Part shown: positions 1-8,189 of the stretch, piece by piece | Position numbering within the stretch: the first letter of the stretch is position 1 | Layout of the letters: every line of letters starts with the position of its first letter | Origin: Wolbachia endosymbiont of Onchocerca ochengi | Lineage (GTDB): Bacteria > Pseudomonadota > Alphaproteobacteria > Rickettsiales > Anaplasmataceae | Assembly (NCBI RefSeq): GCF_000306885.1 | Contig: NC_018267.1 | Span: 300,001 to 332,000, forward strand | Direction of reading: 5' to 3' | Length of the DNA stretch: 32,000 nucleotides | The notes under the pieces: model-generated | Databases searched by the model: none | Told to the model about the DNA's origin: nothing | The model's input: the letters and a program-made list of their open reading frames with translations, nothing else | Program-made: the position numbers and the translations under genes

Positions 1-257
1 ATCCAATACGTCCAACCAACAAAAAAAGCCACTGTAGAACCAAAGGCATGTTTTACATAAACATGAGGACCACCAGTTCTTGGAAATTTTGCACAGAGCA
101 AAGCAAAAACCAAAGCAAGAGATATAGCGCCAAATCCCGATATTATCGAGCTTATAGGACTATACATGCCATATGGAGCTAGGCTAATTGGAAGCATGAA
201 AATTCCCGAGCCAATTTGACTACTGACAACTAAGGCAAAGATAGCCAAAAAACCCAT
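1..257 (-). CDS. amino acid permease (APC superfamily), 5' part only; gene continues past the window start
   Basis: Reverse-strand translation from the ATG at 257 gives MGFLAIFALVVSSQIGSGIFMLPISLAPYGMYSPISSIISGFGAISLALVFALLCAKFPRTGGPHVYVKHAFGSTVAFFVGWTYW. It carries the GSGIF and P..GG motifs of TM1/TM2 in APC-type amino-acid/polyamine transporters. The frame is open to the window edge. It also stays open upstream to about 430, so the true start is uncertain. The ORF track omits it, probably because the window edge cuts it. Confidence 0.75.
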   Translation of the reverse strand, partial: MGFLAIFALVVSSQIGSGIFMLPISLAPYGMYSPISSIISGFGAISLALVFALLCAKFPRTGGPHVYVKHAFGSTVAFFVGWTYW

Positions 258-569
258 TTTATCTGACACAATGTTTTCTGATTTTAGTAAATAGATTAAC
301 AATTTCTGCCGTCCGCGCAAGTCATTCTGTTGCTCAGTAGCTGGTTCATGTTTATGCTTTTCTATTAAATAATCAAACTCAGCAAAAAATTTATTTGCAA
401 GCAGTGTAAAAGTGCACACTTAATTTCATCTTCATGTAGGAAATCTTATTGTTTAGGATTCTAGATACTCAACTTTTGCTCTTCAGCTGAGAACCACCTG
501 ACTATCAATAACTTTTACACTTATCACAATAATCAGAGTTTAGTAAGCAAGATGTACTTTACATTAAAT

Positions 570-1316
570 CTAATATTTTAAACTAAACACTTTCAGTAAT
601 ACCACCTGACATAACTGAAACCTTTGTGCCTTTACTTATTCTTAAGTAGTCTATTAGCTCATCAACCAATATATTCGCGGGAGCAGAGAGGATACCCCCC
701 TCTACGGTAATTCCTACCCTCTTTCTATGCCCTGTAACCAATTTTTATTCACATAGCTGTAGTTATCAATCAAACAAGCTCTCCTTCCTCTCGCAGTACA
801 CAGATCTAATAAGCGGTTTGTGTGACGTAAGATAAATTATCTAGATCATTAACCTTTAAATCGCGTACATCTTCTATGGTTTACACTAAAGCAATAGGAT
901 TTTTACTCTTCCTCTAATTTCCTTAGCCTCTGGGTAAGTTTCATGCCTAATCAGAATTAATTCTTTACATTATCCTCATACCTTTTTACTTCTTTGTGCA
1001 CTTTATTAACTAGGGGACATGTTGCGCCAATCACTTAAATACCCTTTTTTTTCGCCTCCTCTTCTACATTTTTTGCACTCAGTATGCACTGAAAATCAAT
1101 ATTCTACTATATTTATCAATATCCTCAACACTACTTATAAAAAACTACTCCTTGTCTCTTAAAAAGTTCTTTACTATATATTTGTTGTGAACAATTTAAT
1201 GTAGAACATAAACTCGGCGCTCGTTTTTATATTTTTTTTAAAAAATAGCCTAATATAGCTACAGCTCTTTTAACTTCTGCACAAAACCCGCGCGGTTCAG
1301 ATAAAATAATTCTCAC
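570..1316 (-). pseudogene. ispH: decayed ispH/lytB (4-hydroxy-3-methylbut-2-enyl diphosphate reductase, last MEP-pathway step)
   Basis: There is no ORF over 60 aa on this strand. Reverse-strand translation, followed across frame changes, gives (GTG)RIILSEPRGFCAEVKRAVAILGYF, then KKYKNERRVYVLH*IVHNKYIVKNFLRDKE*, then SRILIFSAY*. It continues with [49 protein letters not shown], then [33 protein letters not shown], then ITVEGGILSAPANILVDELIDYL. These match IspH signatures PRGFCAGV, IVHN, FSAHGVS, DATCPLVTKVH, LIGHxGHPE, SNRL..YLI and GITAGASAPxxLV in the correct order. About 200 bp are missing between the middle and C-terminal motifs. Confidence 0.8.
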
Positions 1317-1329
1317 TTTTTCCAAATTA

Positions 1330-2184
1330 GATTGGTATGCAAGCAAACATTGCTTAAAAACAAGCTCCGCTCATCATATCTTATAGCACCATCATTTGTA
1401 TTTTATATAATAGTCATTTTTCGCATATTTTCTTTGACGTTTAATCAGTTTGATACTACAGAAGATTTAAGAAAGAGCACTCTCCAAAACGAACAGATAG
1501 ACCAACATTATATATACCAAAGTAGAAGAAAACCAGAGATTATAATAATACAACTGTATTCCATTTTAAATGGCCTTGAATATGAAAGTTTGTACAAAAT
1601 ACTTACTTCGAAAAAAAATTTACCTAGATAAAAAGGTACTCAATCTCAAAGAAGGTATTGATAACAAAAAATACCGATGTGCATAGATGATAAAAACATT
1701 GCTAGAGTTAAAGCATATGTAAATAAAACTAAATCGCAGTGCTTACGTACAGTTATAAAATAGCTGTAACTGCCTACGCATATTGTATAAACCGTAGCCA
1801 CAGTAGAGACAACAATGGGATATTTTACAACGTAATTTTAATATTGAATAAAGGAAAAGTATTAGAGAACAGACTATTACAAGAAGCTACTTCCAGTAGT
1901 AAGATAAGAAAATTACTAAGTACAACAGTAACAGATTAGAACAGACAGAAAAGCAAACATAAAAGTATATTTGATAAAAAGTAAGATTGATCAGCAGAAA
2001 AACAAAGTAAACATAACAAAGATGCAAATATAGCACCATCTATAAAAGAGTTAACTATGCTTGACTTAAGATACACAGTACTAATTTTCATTAATGAGCT
2101 TCATAATATACACACATCGGAGTAATGACCGCTTGCACATATAGCTAAAAATGCTATAAATAAAATAGCACCTATATTTAAATA
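1330..2184 (-). pseudogene. decayed remnant of an unidentified polytopic membrane protein
   Basis: Reverse-strand translation gives long hydrophobic runs broken by stops. Examples are GAILFIAFLAICASGHYSDVCIL*, DGAIFASLLCLLCFSADQSYFLSNILLCLLFCLF*, LSNFLILLLEVASCNSLFSN and LRFSFIYICFNSSNVFIIYAHRYFLLSIPSL. No family could be assigned from motifs. The plus-strand track ORFs here look like antisense artefacts. Confidence 0.3.
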
Positions 2185-2550
2185 TCACACCTGAGATGTA
2201 AACTGTATTTTCTTTATCAAAAAATTCAGTCTATAATCTTGTTTATCCTTATTGATACAAAGAAATCCATCTTCTGTTATTTTGCAGTTTTCAGGAGCAA
2301 TATCTAAATTGATTTTTTTACCACTTTCGTCCATACTAAAACGAACTCTTGGCTCAGAAAAGTTAATTACGTCAATTCCAACTTTCCTTGTTGCCTTTCC
2401 ATCTAGAGAAATCAAATCAAACTCCCAAATATTATTCGGATCTATATTTCCCGTATAATAATTACACTTACCGCTCGTACAGTATGAACTTTCAACTACA
2501 TAACCTTCACTAGGAACATCCACAAGAAAATCCCACAAATCACCTGACAT
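2185..2550 (-). CDS. hypothetical protein (about 121 aa from the ATG; four Cys; no recognisable family)
   Basis: The track ORF is 2185..2559 with a GTG start. An ATG at 2550 (MSGDLWDF...) sits 5 nt downstream of AAGGTGG, a good Shine-Dalgarno match. The ORF is intact amid decayed flanks. It has no signal peptide or TM segment and I see no motif I recognise. Confidence 0.5.
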   Translation of the reverse strand: MSGDLWDFLVDVPSEGYVVESSYCTSGKCNYYTGNIDPNNIWEFDLISLDGKATRKVGIDVINFSEPRVRFSMDESGKKINLDIAPENCKITEDGFLCINKDKQDYRLNFLIKKIQFTSQV

Positions 2551-2636
2551 ATAGACCACCTTTACACTTACTATTTAAAAAAACTATGTATATTTTTAAG
2601 TACATTTAGCTATAATACACCCCAAAACATAAAATT

Positions 2637-2652
2637 CAACAACTAGTTGTTG
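2637..2652 (-). terminator. perfect 16-bp palindrome, possible weak intrinsic terminator after elbB (or an operator upstream of the 121-aa ORF)
   Basis: CAACAACTAGTTGTTG lies 18 nt past the elbB stop. In minus-strand sense it is followed by AATTTTATGTTTT. The stem is only 6 bp if CTAG forms the loop, and it is A/T-rich. Confidence 0.3.
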
Positions 2653-2670
2653 CGTAAGAAATCTAAGCAG

Positions 2671-3366
2671 CTACTTAATTCCTTTTGTTAACTTTTTTAC
2701 CATACCATCAATCATGTGCTTTATTCCTTGATATACAGAATACGTACCTTCGTCACTACGTATATAAGCAGAGCAGGAAAATACATTATGCTCTTCATCT
2801 TCTATTGATAATTCTGTATCACACTTTATATGCTCACCACCTAGCTTTTCTATCAATTTCTCCCTGTCATCTCCTATTGTTACCTTAATTCTATTCTTTT
2901 CCTTACCAATCCTACTACTTAAAATAAAAACAATTATTGCTGGAGATATACATATTGCTCCTATTGGTTTTTTTGTAATAAAAAACTCAGAAACTAATCT
3001 TTCAAATTCAGGTAGTACTGTTACCGCATCTCTGTTTTCACCCAAATTAGACAAATTCCTCGCAACCCCATATCCACCAGGTACAACTAACATGTCAAAA
3101 TCTTCAGCTTTTGCTTCTTTTAGGTCATATATTTCACCTCTCGTGATTCTTGCTGCTTCTACAAGTACATTCCTTTTTTCTTTCACTGCTTCTTTTGCTT
3201 TATGGTCCATGACCTGTGTAACATCAATATCAGGCGCAAAACATTTAACCTCAACTTCCTGTTGATCAAGAACCAGCAGACTTAAGACACCTTCCCTTAT
3301 TTCAGTACCGTCAAGGTGACCACACCCTGACAAAACCACAGCAGCTTTTAATTTTTTCTCACTCAT
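2671..3366 (-). CDS. elbB: isoprenoid biosynthesis glyoxalase ElbB (DJ-1/PfpI superfamily)
   Basis: The sequence MSEKKLKAAVVLSGCGHLDGTEIREGVLSLLVLD...CFAPD...RNVLVEAARITRGEI...LVVPGGYGVARNLSN...ICISPA aligns along its length with E. coli ElbB (VILSGCGVYDGSEIHEAVLTLL, CFAPD, RNVLIEAARITRGEI, IVPGGFGAAKNLSNF, CIAPA). I prefer the second ATG (3366), which has GGAGATAAGG upstream, over the track start at 3384. Confidence 0.9.
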   Translation of the reverse strand: MSEKKLKAAVVLSGCGHLDGTEIREGVLSLLVLDQQEVEVKCFAPDIDVTQVMDHKAKEAVKEKRNVLVEAARITRGEIYDLKEAKAEDFDMLVVPGGYGVARNLSNLGENRDAVTVLPEFERLVSEFFITKKPIGAICISPAIIVFILSSRIGKEKNRIKVTIGDDREKLIEKLGGEHIKCDTELSIEDEEHNVFSCSAYIRSDEGTYSVYQGIKHMIDGMVKKLTKGIK

Positions 3367-3489
3367 AGAATACCTTATCTCCATATAATCTAGGTATTGT
3401 AATACAAATTCTATATTTGGAAAGAGGTAATTATTTTATATCAATTCAAATATAATTGATAATTATTATGTATAATTAGTTATATTTAT

Positions 3490-4400
3490 AACTAACAGAA
3501 ACTAAATATGGTACAAGGTGACATAACAGATACTGGCAACAATGAGTACTTCACCCAAGATTCAATTAAATTAATTTAAAGAAATAACAGTTTAAAAGAA
3601 GAAACAAAAAAACTTCTGAATAGAATACAGACCTAAAAGATTTAGCTTTAACTAAAGCGAAAGATATAATTAATTTATTAAGCAATAATAAAAGTGATGG
3701 GTTCTTAAAAACTATATTAGAAGAACCATCAGAAAAAGAAAAACTCAAAAAACTAGCTAAATAAGTTGATAAAGATCAGACAATGATTAGAAAAACTCAA
3801 AATTTTAAAGTATAACCGATGATTGTTAATTCAAAAAAACTATTGAGAAAGCAACATAAAGCAGCATTTATAACACTGATAAGCACATTAATAGTTTATT
3901 TTAGCAATAAGAAAAAAATAACTGATGTTATTACTTAGATAGTGAAGCACACAGTATTTAGCAAGATTGTTTTAACAATAGCACTATAGAACTGTATTAG
4001 GTTAGTTACATATAAACATAAAGACGAAATAAAAGAAGAAGCAATTAACAGAGGAAAAAAAACTAAACATTTTATAGAGAAAATATACTTGATAAAATTC
4101 CTAAAGCTGAAACTTAAAAAAGAGAGAATTATTTTAATCAATTATATAAAGATGTGTAGTCAGAATGGTAAAAATAATAGACATGTTTCAAATAAAAAGC
4201 AACAGTTAATTATAAAATGGGCTAACAAAGGATGAAACTATTCAAAGTTCTTCAGAAAAGGATATGAAAAGGCTAACGAAAAAGTGAAATGAAGTGCATC
4301 CAAATTTTCTTAGGTAGGTATCCAAGTTCCGAGGAAGTATAGAGATATAGCGAAAAGCATCAGCCTTAAATAACCTTGTTACGTAAGCTATTAATAATAC
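3490..4400 (+). pseudogene. decayed A-rich remnant of an unidentified, coiled-coil-like gene
   Basis: The plus strand is strongly A-rich. Its fragments are charged and heptad-like, for example LKEETKKLLNRIQT, DLALTKAKDIINLLSNNKSDGFLKTILEEPSEKEKLKKLAK and EAINRGKKTKHFIEKIYLIKFLKLKLKKE, and stops interrupt them in every frame. No family could be assigned. The minus-strand track ORFs (3566..3748, 3935..4141) are poly-F/L antisense artefacts. Confidence 0.25.
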
Positions 4401-4422
4401 AATTTTTTTGAAAAAAGTTGCT

Positions 4423-5766
4423 CTACTTCCTACCTAGCATGTCTATTAAATCAGATTCTTTGAGTTTACTGTAATCAACTTTACCAAATTTATTAACTAT
4501 TGCGTTTATTTGATCATATTGCTTAATCAAAAGATTGATGTCCATTACATTCGTTCCAGAACCTTTGGCAATTCTAAGTCTTCTCTTACCATTTAAAATA
4601 TCTGGATCTCGTTTTTCTTTTTTAGTCATCGAATTTATAATAGCTATGTATTTTTTCACTCTGCCATCATCTGGTATTCCACTGCCTAATTTTTTTGTGA
4701 ACGAGCTTGGGATGAATCTAATTATATTGCTGATACCATCCATTTTTTTTAGGGTTTTTAGCATCCTTATCAAGTCATTTAAGTCAAATCTACCTTTTTT
4801 TATTTTCTCTTGCAGTTTATTAATTTCTTCCTGACCAACTATCTCAGCAGCTCTTTCAACCAACGAAACAACGTCACCCATGTCAAGTATTCTTCTTGCT
4901 ATTCTATCAGGATAAAAGTCGTCAAGGTCGCTTAATTTTTCACCACAAGCAATAAACTTAATTGGGCAATTAGTTATCATTCTCATAGAAAGGGCGGCAC
5001 CACCACGGGCATCACCGTCAACACGTGTAAGAACAATACCAGTTACACCTATTCTCTCATTGAATGATTTGACAATATTCACTGCATCTTGGCCAATCAT
5101 TGCATCAGCCACTAAAATAACTTCTGTAGGTGAAGTTATTTCCTTTATAGCTTTCAACTCATTCATCATATTGTTGTCGATATGAAGCCTACCTGCAGTA
5201 TCTAATATCAACACATCATAATTACCGTTTTTTGCCGCCGCCAGTGCTCTTTTTGTAATTGCAATAGGCCCCTCACCCACTACTGTAGGCAAAGTTTGTA
5301 CGTCTATTTGTTTTCCAAGCACTTCAAGCTGTTTCTGGGCAGCAGGCCTGTAAACGTCTAAAGAAACAAGCATTATTTTTTTCTTTTGTCTTTTTAGCTT
5401 TAAAGCAAGCTTCCCTGAAGTAGTTGTCTTACCTGCACCCTGTAAACCTACTATCATGATTACAGCGGGAGGCTTAACTGCTAGATTTAATTCGCTTTTC
5501 TTTGATCCAAGAATTGCAACCAAATTATCTTTCACAATTTTAATTATCATTTGCACTGGAGAAACACTTTTTATAACTTGCTCCCCTACTACTTTATCTT
5601 TAATATCACTAATAAATCTTTTAATAACTTCAAGAGAAACATCAGCTTCAATTAGGGCTATGCGTACCTCACGCATAGCAAGATTAAAATCATCCTCAGA
5701 AATGATTGATTTCCCTTTAAGCTTATTAAATACAGAATTTAAATTTTCAGTTAATGATTTAAACAT
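4423..5766 (-). CDS. ffh: signal recognition particle protein Ffh
   Basis: The 447-aa product has an N domain and an SRP54 G domain (GLQGAGKTTTSGKLA, DTAGR, LTRVDGDARGG). It also has a Met/Lys-rich M domain (RMLKTLKKMDG...). Confidence 0.97.
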   Translation of the reverse strand: MFKSLTENLNSVFNKLKGKSIISEDDFNLAMREVRIALIEADVSLEVIKRFISDIKDKVVGEQVIKSVSPVQMIIKIVKDNLVAILGSKKSELNLAVKPPAVIMIVGLQGAGKTTTSGKLALKLKRQKKKIMLVSLDVYRPAAQKQLEVLGKQIDVQTLPTVVGEGPIAITKRALAAAKNGNYDVLILDTAGRLHIDNNMMNELKAIKEITSPTEVILVADAMIGQDAVNIVKSFNERIGVTGIVLTRVDGDARGGAALSMRMITNCPIKFIACGEKLSDLDDFYPDRIARRILDMGDVVSLVERAAEIVGQEEINKLQEKIKKGRFDLNDLIRMLKTLKKMDGISNIIRFIPSSFTKKLGSGIPDDGRVKKYIAIINSMTKKEKRDPDILNGKRRLRIAKGSGTNVMDINLLIKQYDQINAIVNKFGKVDYSKLKESDLIDMLGRK

Positions 5767-7298
5767 AATAGCATTAGTAGAACACTCATTAAAAAAAGAG
5801 AAAAAGCAGAAACAAAACTCACTGAGTTACAATTTAGCACTTCTTTGAGTTTAGTAGCACTATTAAAGCATAAACCAATAAGTGAATTAGTCAAGTTTTG
5901 CAGCATGCTAGCAGATGTTTTCTTTACCTTAAAAACTAATTTATTAAGCAATAGAACAATATAGGGCATAAGAGCTCTGAAAGTCCAATCGACATCCATT
6001 TTAAAATTCATTCTTGGCAAAAAGAACTTATGCAAAGGAATAAACAACAAGGTGGTATATAATAGTAAATTAAATTGCGACCAAATATTCTCTGTGTTAT
6101 ATACAAAGTTAAAGATCAAAGGTTTATTGTAAATAGGCAAGTAAGGATTACCAGTGATCACACACATAAACGCTAAAATAGTCATTGCTATTTTACTATC
6201 CCTTTTTCCCGAAAGTTTCAACTTGCTTTTAGCAACAAATGTATAATAGAGAAACTTAAGCCCCACACTTAAATAAAGTGATAAATTCAGAGCTTTGTAC
6301 AAATTTTTGTACAACTCTAAATTAGTACCATTCATTTCAATTTCAGCTACAATACATGACTTACTAATAAACCCAGCAGTTCCAGGAAATCCAGCCATTG
6401 TAAGTACTGCAATTAAAGCACACATACTTTCGGCTGATATAAGTTTGCTCAATCCACTGAAACTAACCATTTTTGTTTGTGAAATAACTGAATTAGCAAC
6501 TACAAATAGTAATGACTGGTAACCAAGAGAGAAGATTATGTGCAGCGTTAAAATCGGTACTGCTTTTTCCGAAGAGCTAAGCAAGCTTCCTGCAATAATA
6601 AGTAAACCCATCTGCCCTATAACACCGTAACATAAAAATCTACGAATATTTTGTTCGAGAGAGGCAAATATAATGCTATAAATTACAGTTATAGAACCCA
6701 AAAACGCCAAAGTTTCAGTATGCATGATACAAGCGTGCAAAAGCATAGCTAAAAAAGAAACTTTAGTAGTAAATAAAGAAAGATATGCAGTACCATGTAA
6801 CGATGTAGCAGGGTATGCATCAACAACCCAAAACGAGAAAGGGAAACAAGCACAATTTATTAGTAAACCTATTATTACTAGATTAGAACTTTGAATTGCC
6901 AATCCTGCTGTTAACATAACTCCAGCAAAAAAGTGTATACAAGCATATCTTACCGCAGGCTCATTATCTTTACTACCAGCAATAATAAAAGATCCACTAA
7001 TGGCCATTAATTCACAAAATATGATAACCAATATTACCTGCTTAGATAATATTACACACAATGAACTAACAGTGTAAGCAAATGAAGATAGCATCTCTGA
7101 AAAGCTCAAGTTACTTGCTGGTAGAACAACTAGAAATGCAGTTAACAAAAAAGATATTAATATGACGCGAAAAGATAAATTAAAATTTAGAACTGGATGA
7201 GACAAGTTTAATGTTGCACCCAACCTTTCAGGTAGCATTAGTACTATACTTATTAATATAGCTAGAAGAAGTAACAGTGAAAGTTTGTAAAACTGCAC
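5751..7298 (-). CDS. proton-conducting membrane transporter subunit, MrpD/NuoN (Proton_antipo_M) family
   Basis: The 515-aa product is polytopic. Its core, FPFSFWVVDAYPATSLHGTAYLSLFTTKVSFLAMLL ... GQMGLLIIAGSL ... MAGFPGTAGFISK, corresponds to the W.PDA...P...S......K.G and GxPP..GF.SK signatures of antiporter subunit D / complex I subunit N proteins. The 3' end overlaps the ffh start by 16 nt. Confidence 0.8.
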   Translation of the reverse strand: MQFYKLSLLLLLAILISIVLMLPERLGATLNLSHPVLNFNLSFRVILISFLLTAFLVVLPASNLSFSEMLSSFAYTVSSLCVILSKQVILVIIFCELMAISGSFIIAGSKDNEPAVRYACIHFFAGVMLTAGLAIQSSNLVIIGLLINCACFPFSFWVVDAYPATSLHGTAYLSLFTTKVSFLAMLLHACIMHTETLAFLGSITVIYSIIFASLEQNIRRFLCYGVIGQMGLLIIAGSLLSSSEKAVPILTLHIIFSLGYQSLLFVVANSVISQTKMVSFSGLSKLISAESMCALIAVLTMAGFPGTAGFISKSCIVAEIEMNGTNLELYKNLYKALNLSLYLSVGLKFLYYTFVAKSKLKLSGKRDSKIAMTILAFMCVITGNPYLPIYNKPLIFNFVYNTENIWSQFNLLLYTTLLFIPLHKFFLPRMNFKMDVDWTFRALMPYIVLLLNKLVFKVKKTSASMLQNLTNSLIGLCFNSATKLKEVLNCNSVSFVSAFSLFLMSVLLMLLCLNH

Positions 7299-7421
7299 GA
7301 TGATCTAAGCTAACATGGTTTATTATATCTAAATGAATAGACAAAAACCAATCTTTATGCAATCACCTTTTAACTACTAATTAAACTAACTATCATATAA
7401 TTATATTAGAGTTATAGAAAA

Positions 7422-7449
7422 CCGGTCAGATTAGATCTAATCTAACCGG
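7422..7449. repeat. 28-bp near-perfect palindrome centred on AGATCT
   Basis: CCGGTCAGATTAGATCTAATCTAACCGG pairs at 13 of 14 positions. It lies in the 890-bp stretch between the MrpD-like start and the oxidoreductase stop. A second hairpin lies nearby: CTCGTGC (7505-7511) pairs with GCACGAG (7532-7538) around a 20-nt loop. Confidence 0.6.
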
Positions 7450-7889
7450 CAGTTTTAATAGTGAGGTAAGCTTCACTATAACATGTTCACTCTATAGTAC
7501 TATACTCGTGCGTAATTCATTTTAAATTTATGCACGAGAATTAGTAAATTATTTACTTTCTAAAACAAAGTTTAGTATTGCCCTTTTATCACTAGCGTAA
7601 AGTCAACTATTTTCTTAACTTTACGTTATCTATATTAAAATGGTTATTGCAATATAAAGTTACCAATAATACACGTGTGCTAAAATAATAGGTGAAGAAG
7701 TACTGAGTAATAGCAAGTCTGATAATTGTGCCATTCCAACTAGCACTAGAATGAAGAAAACTGTACAGCAATGTTGATATTCCTCTATGTCATGTTCTAA
7801 GGGACTATACAGAATACTGACGTTTCTTTACATTTCTACCGTCAACCCAGACAGATAACCATATTACACTCATCTAACATACTTAATAC

Positions 7890-8189
7890 CCTACTATGAA
7901 AAAATAGCCTTACTATAAGTCTTCCACATAACAACATTTACGCAGTTAACACTTATCAACGCCAGAAAGAAAATTTCCTTTTTTGCACTACTCTCAGCTA
8001 TAATATCTATTCTATTACCTTCTTTATCTCTTGCTGAAAATGCACTATTACCCTCGCTTAGTAATATTGTTACTTTGGAAAGATAAGTACTAAGTAATAT
8101 ATCATAATATTATCTTAATAAAAAGATTATCATAACATAAATTTATTAATAAATAACACACATCACAGTACAACTAATGTTAGATAGAT
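7890..8189 (-). pseudogene. out-of-frame decayed tail: probable NAD(P)-binding subdomain lost from the upstream 979-aa oxidoreductase
   Basis: In a different frame, downstream of the TAG at 8190, lies an open stretch with no start codon. It reads YYDILLSTYLSKVTILLSEGNSAFSARDKEGNRIDIIAESSAKKEIFFLALISVNCVNVVMWK. This resembles the start of the PyrK/FNR NAD-binding subdomain (kvLLvgGGiGiaP..s.ak.LkekGn.V.vi.Gar...elif). That subdomain is exactly what should follow the GPxG motif that ends the 979-aa ORF. Confidence 0.45.

Noticed and set aside
1332-1939. Plus-strand ORFs 1332..1631 and 1739..1939
   Set aside because: They lie in decayed DNA opposite hydrophobic minus-strand remnants. They use alternative starts and have no recognisable domains or RBS.
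2100-2140. MFS transporter assignment for the 1330-2184 remnant, based on ASGHYSD resembling the G..SDR.GRR loop motif
   Set aside because: The motif would need about 60 aa of TM1-TM2 upstream, but the intact 121-aa ORF ends only about 20 codons upstream. The match is too short to trust.
3566-4141. Minus-strand ORFs 3566..3748 and 3935..4141
   Set aside because: They are Phe/Leu/Ser-rich translations of the complement of an A-rich decayed region. They are most likely artefacts.
5456-5848. 130-aa plus-strand ORF spanning the ffh/MrpD-like junction
   Set aside because: It is entirely antisense to two well-supported minus-strand genes. Its low-complexity hydrophobic translation is typical of a shadow ORF in AT-rich DNA.
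7640-7900. Possible mrpC remnant upstream of the MrpD-like gene
   Set aside because: The hydrophobic fragments (ISTLLYSFL..., AITQYFF...) do not match MrpC motifs convincingly. The region is better explained as the decayed tail of the oxidoreductase.
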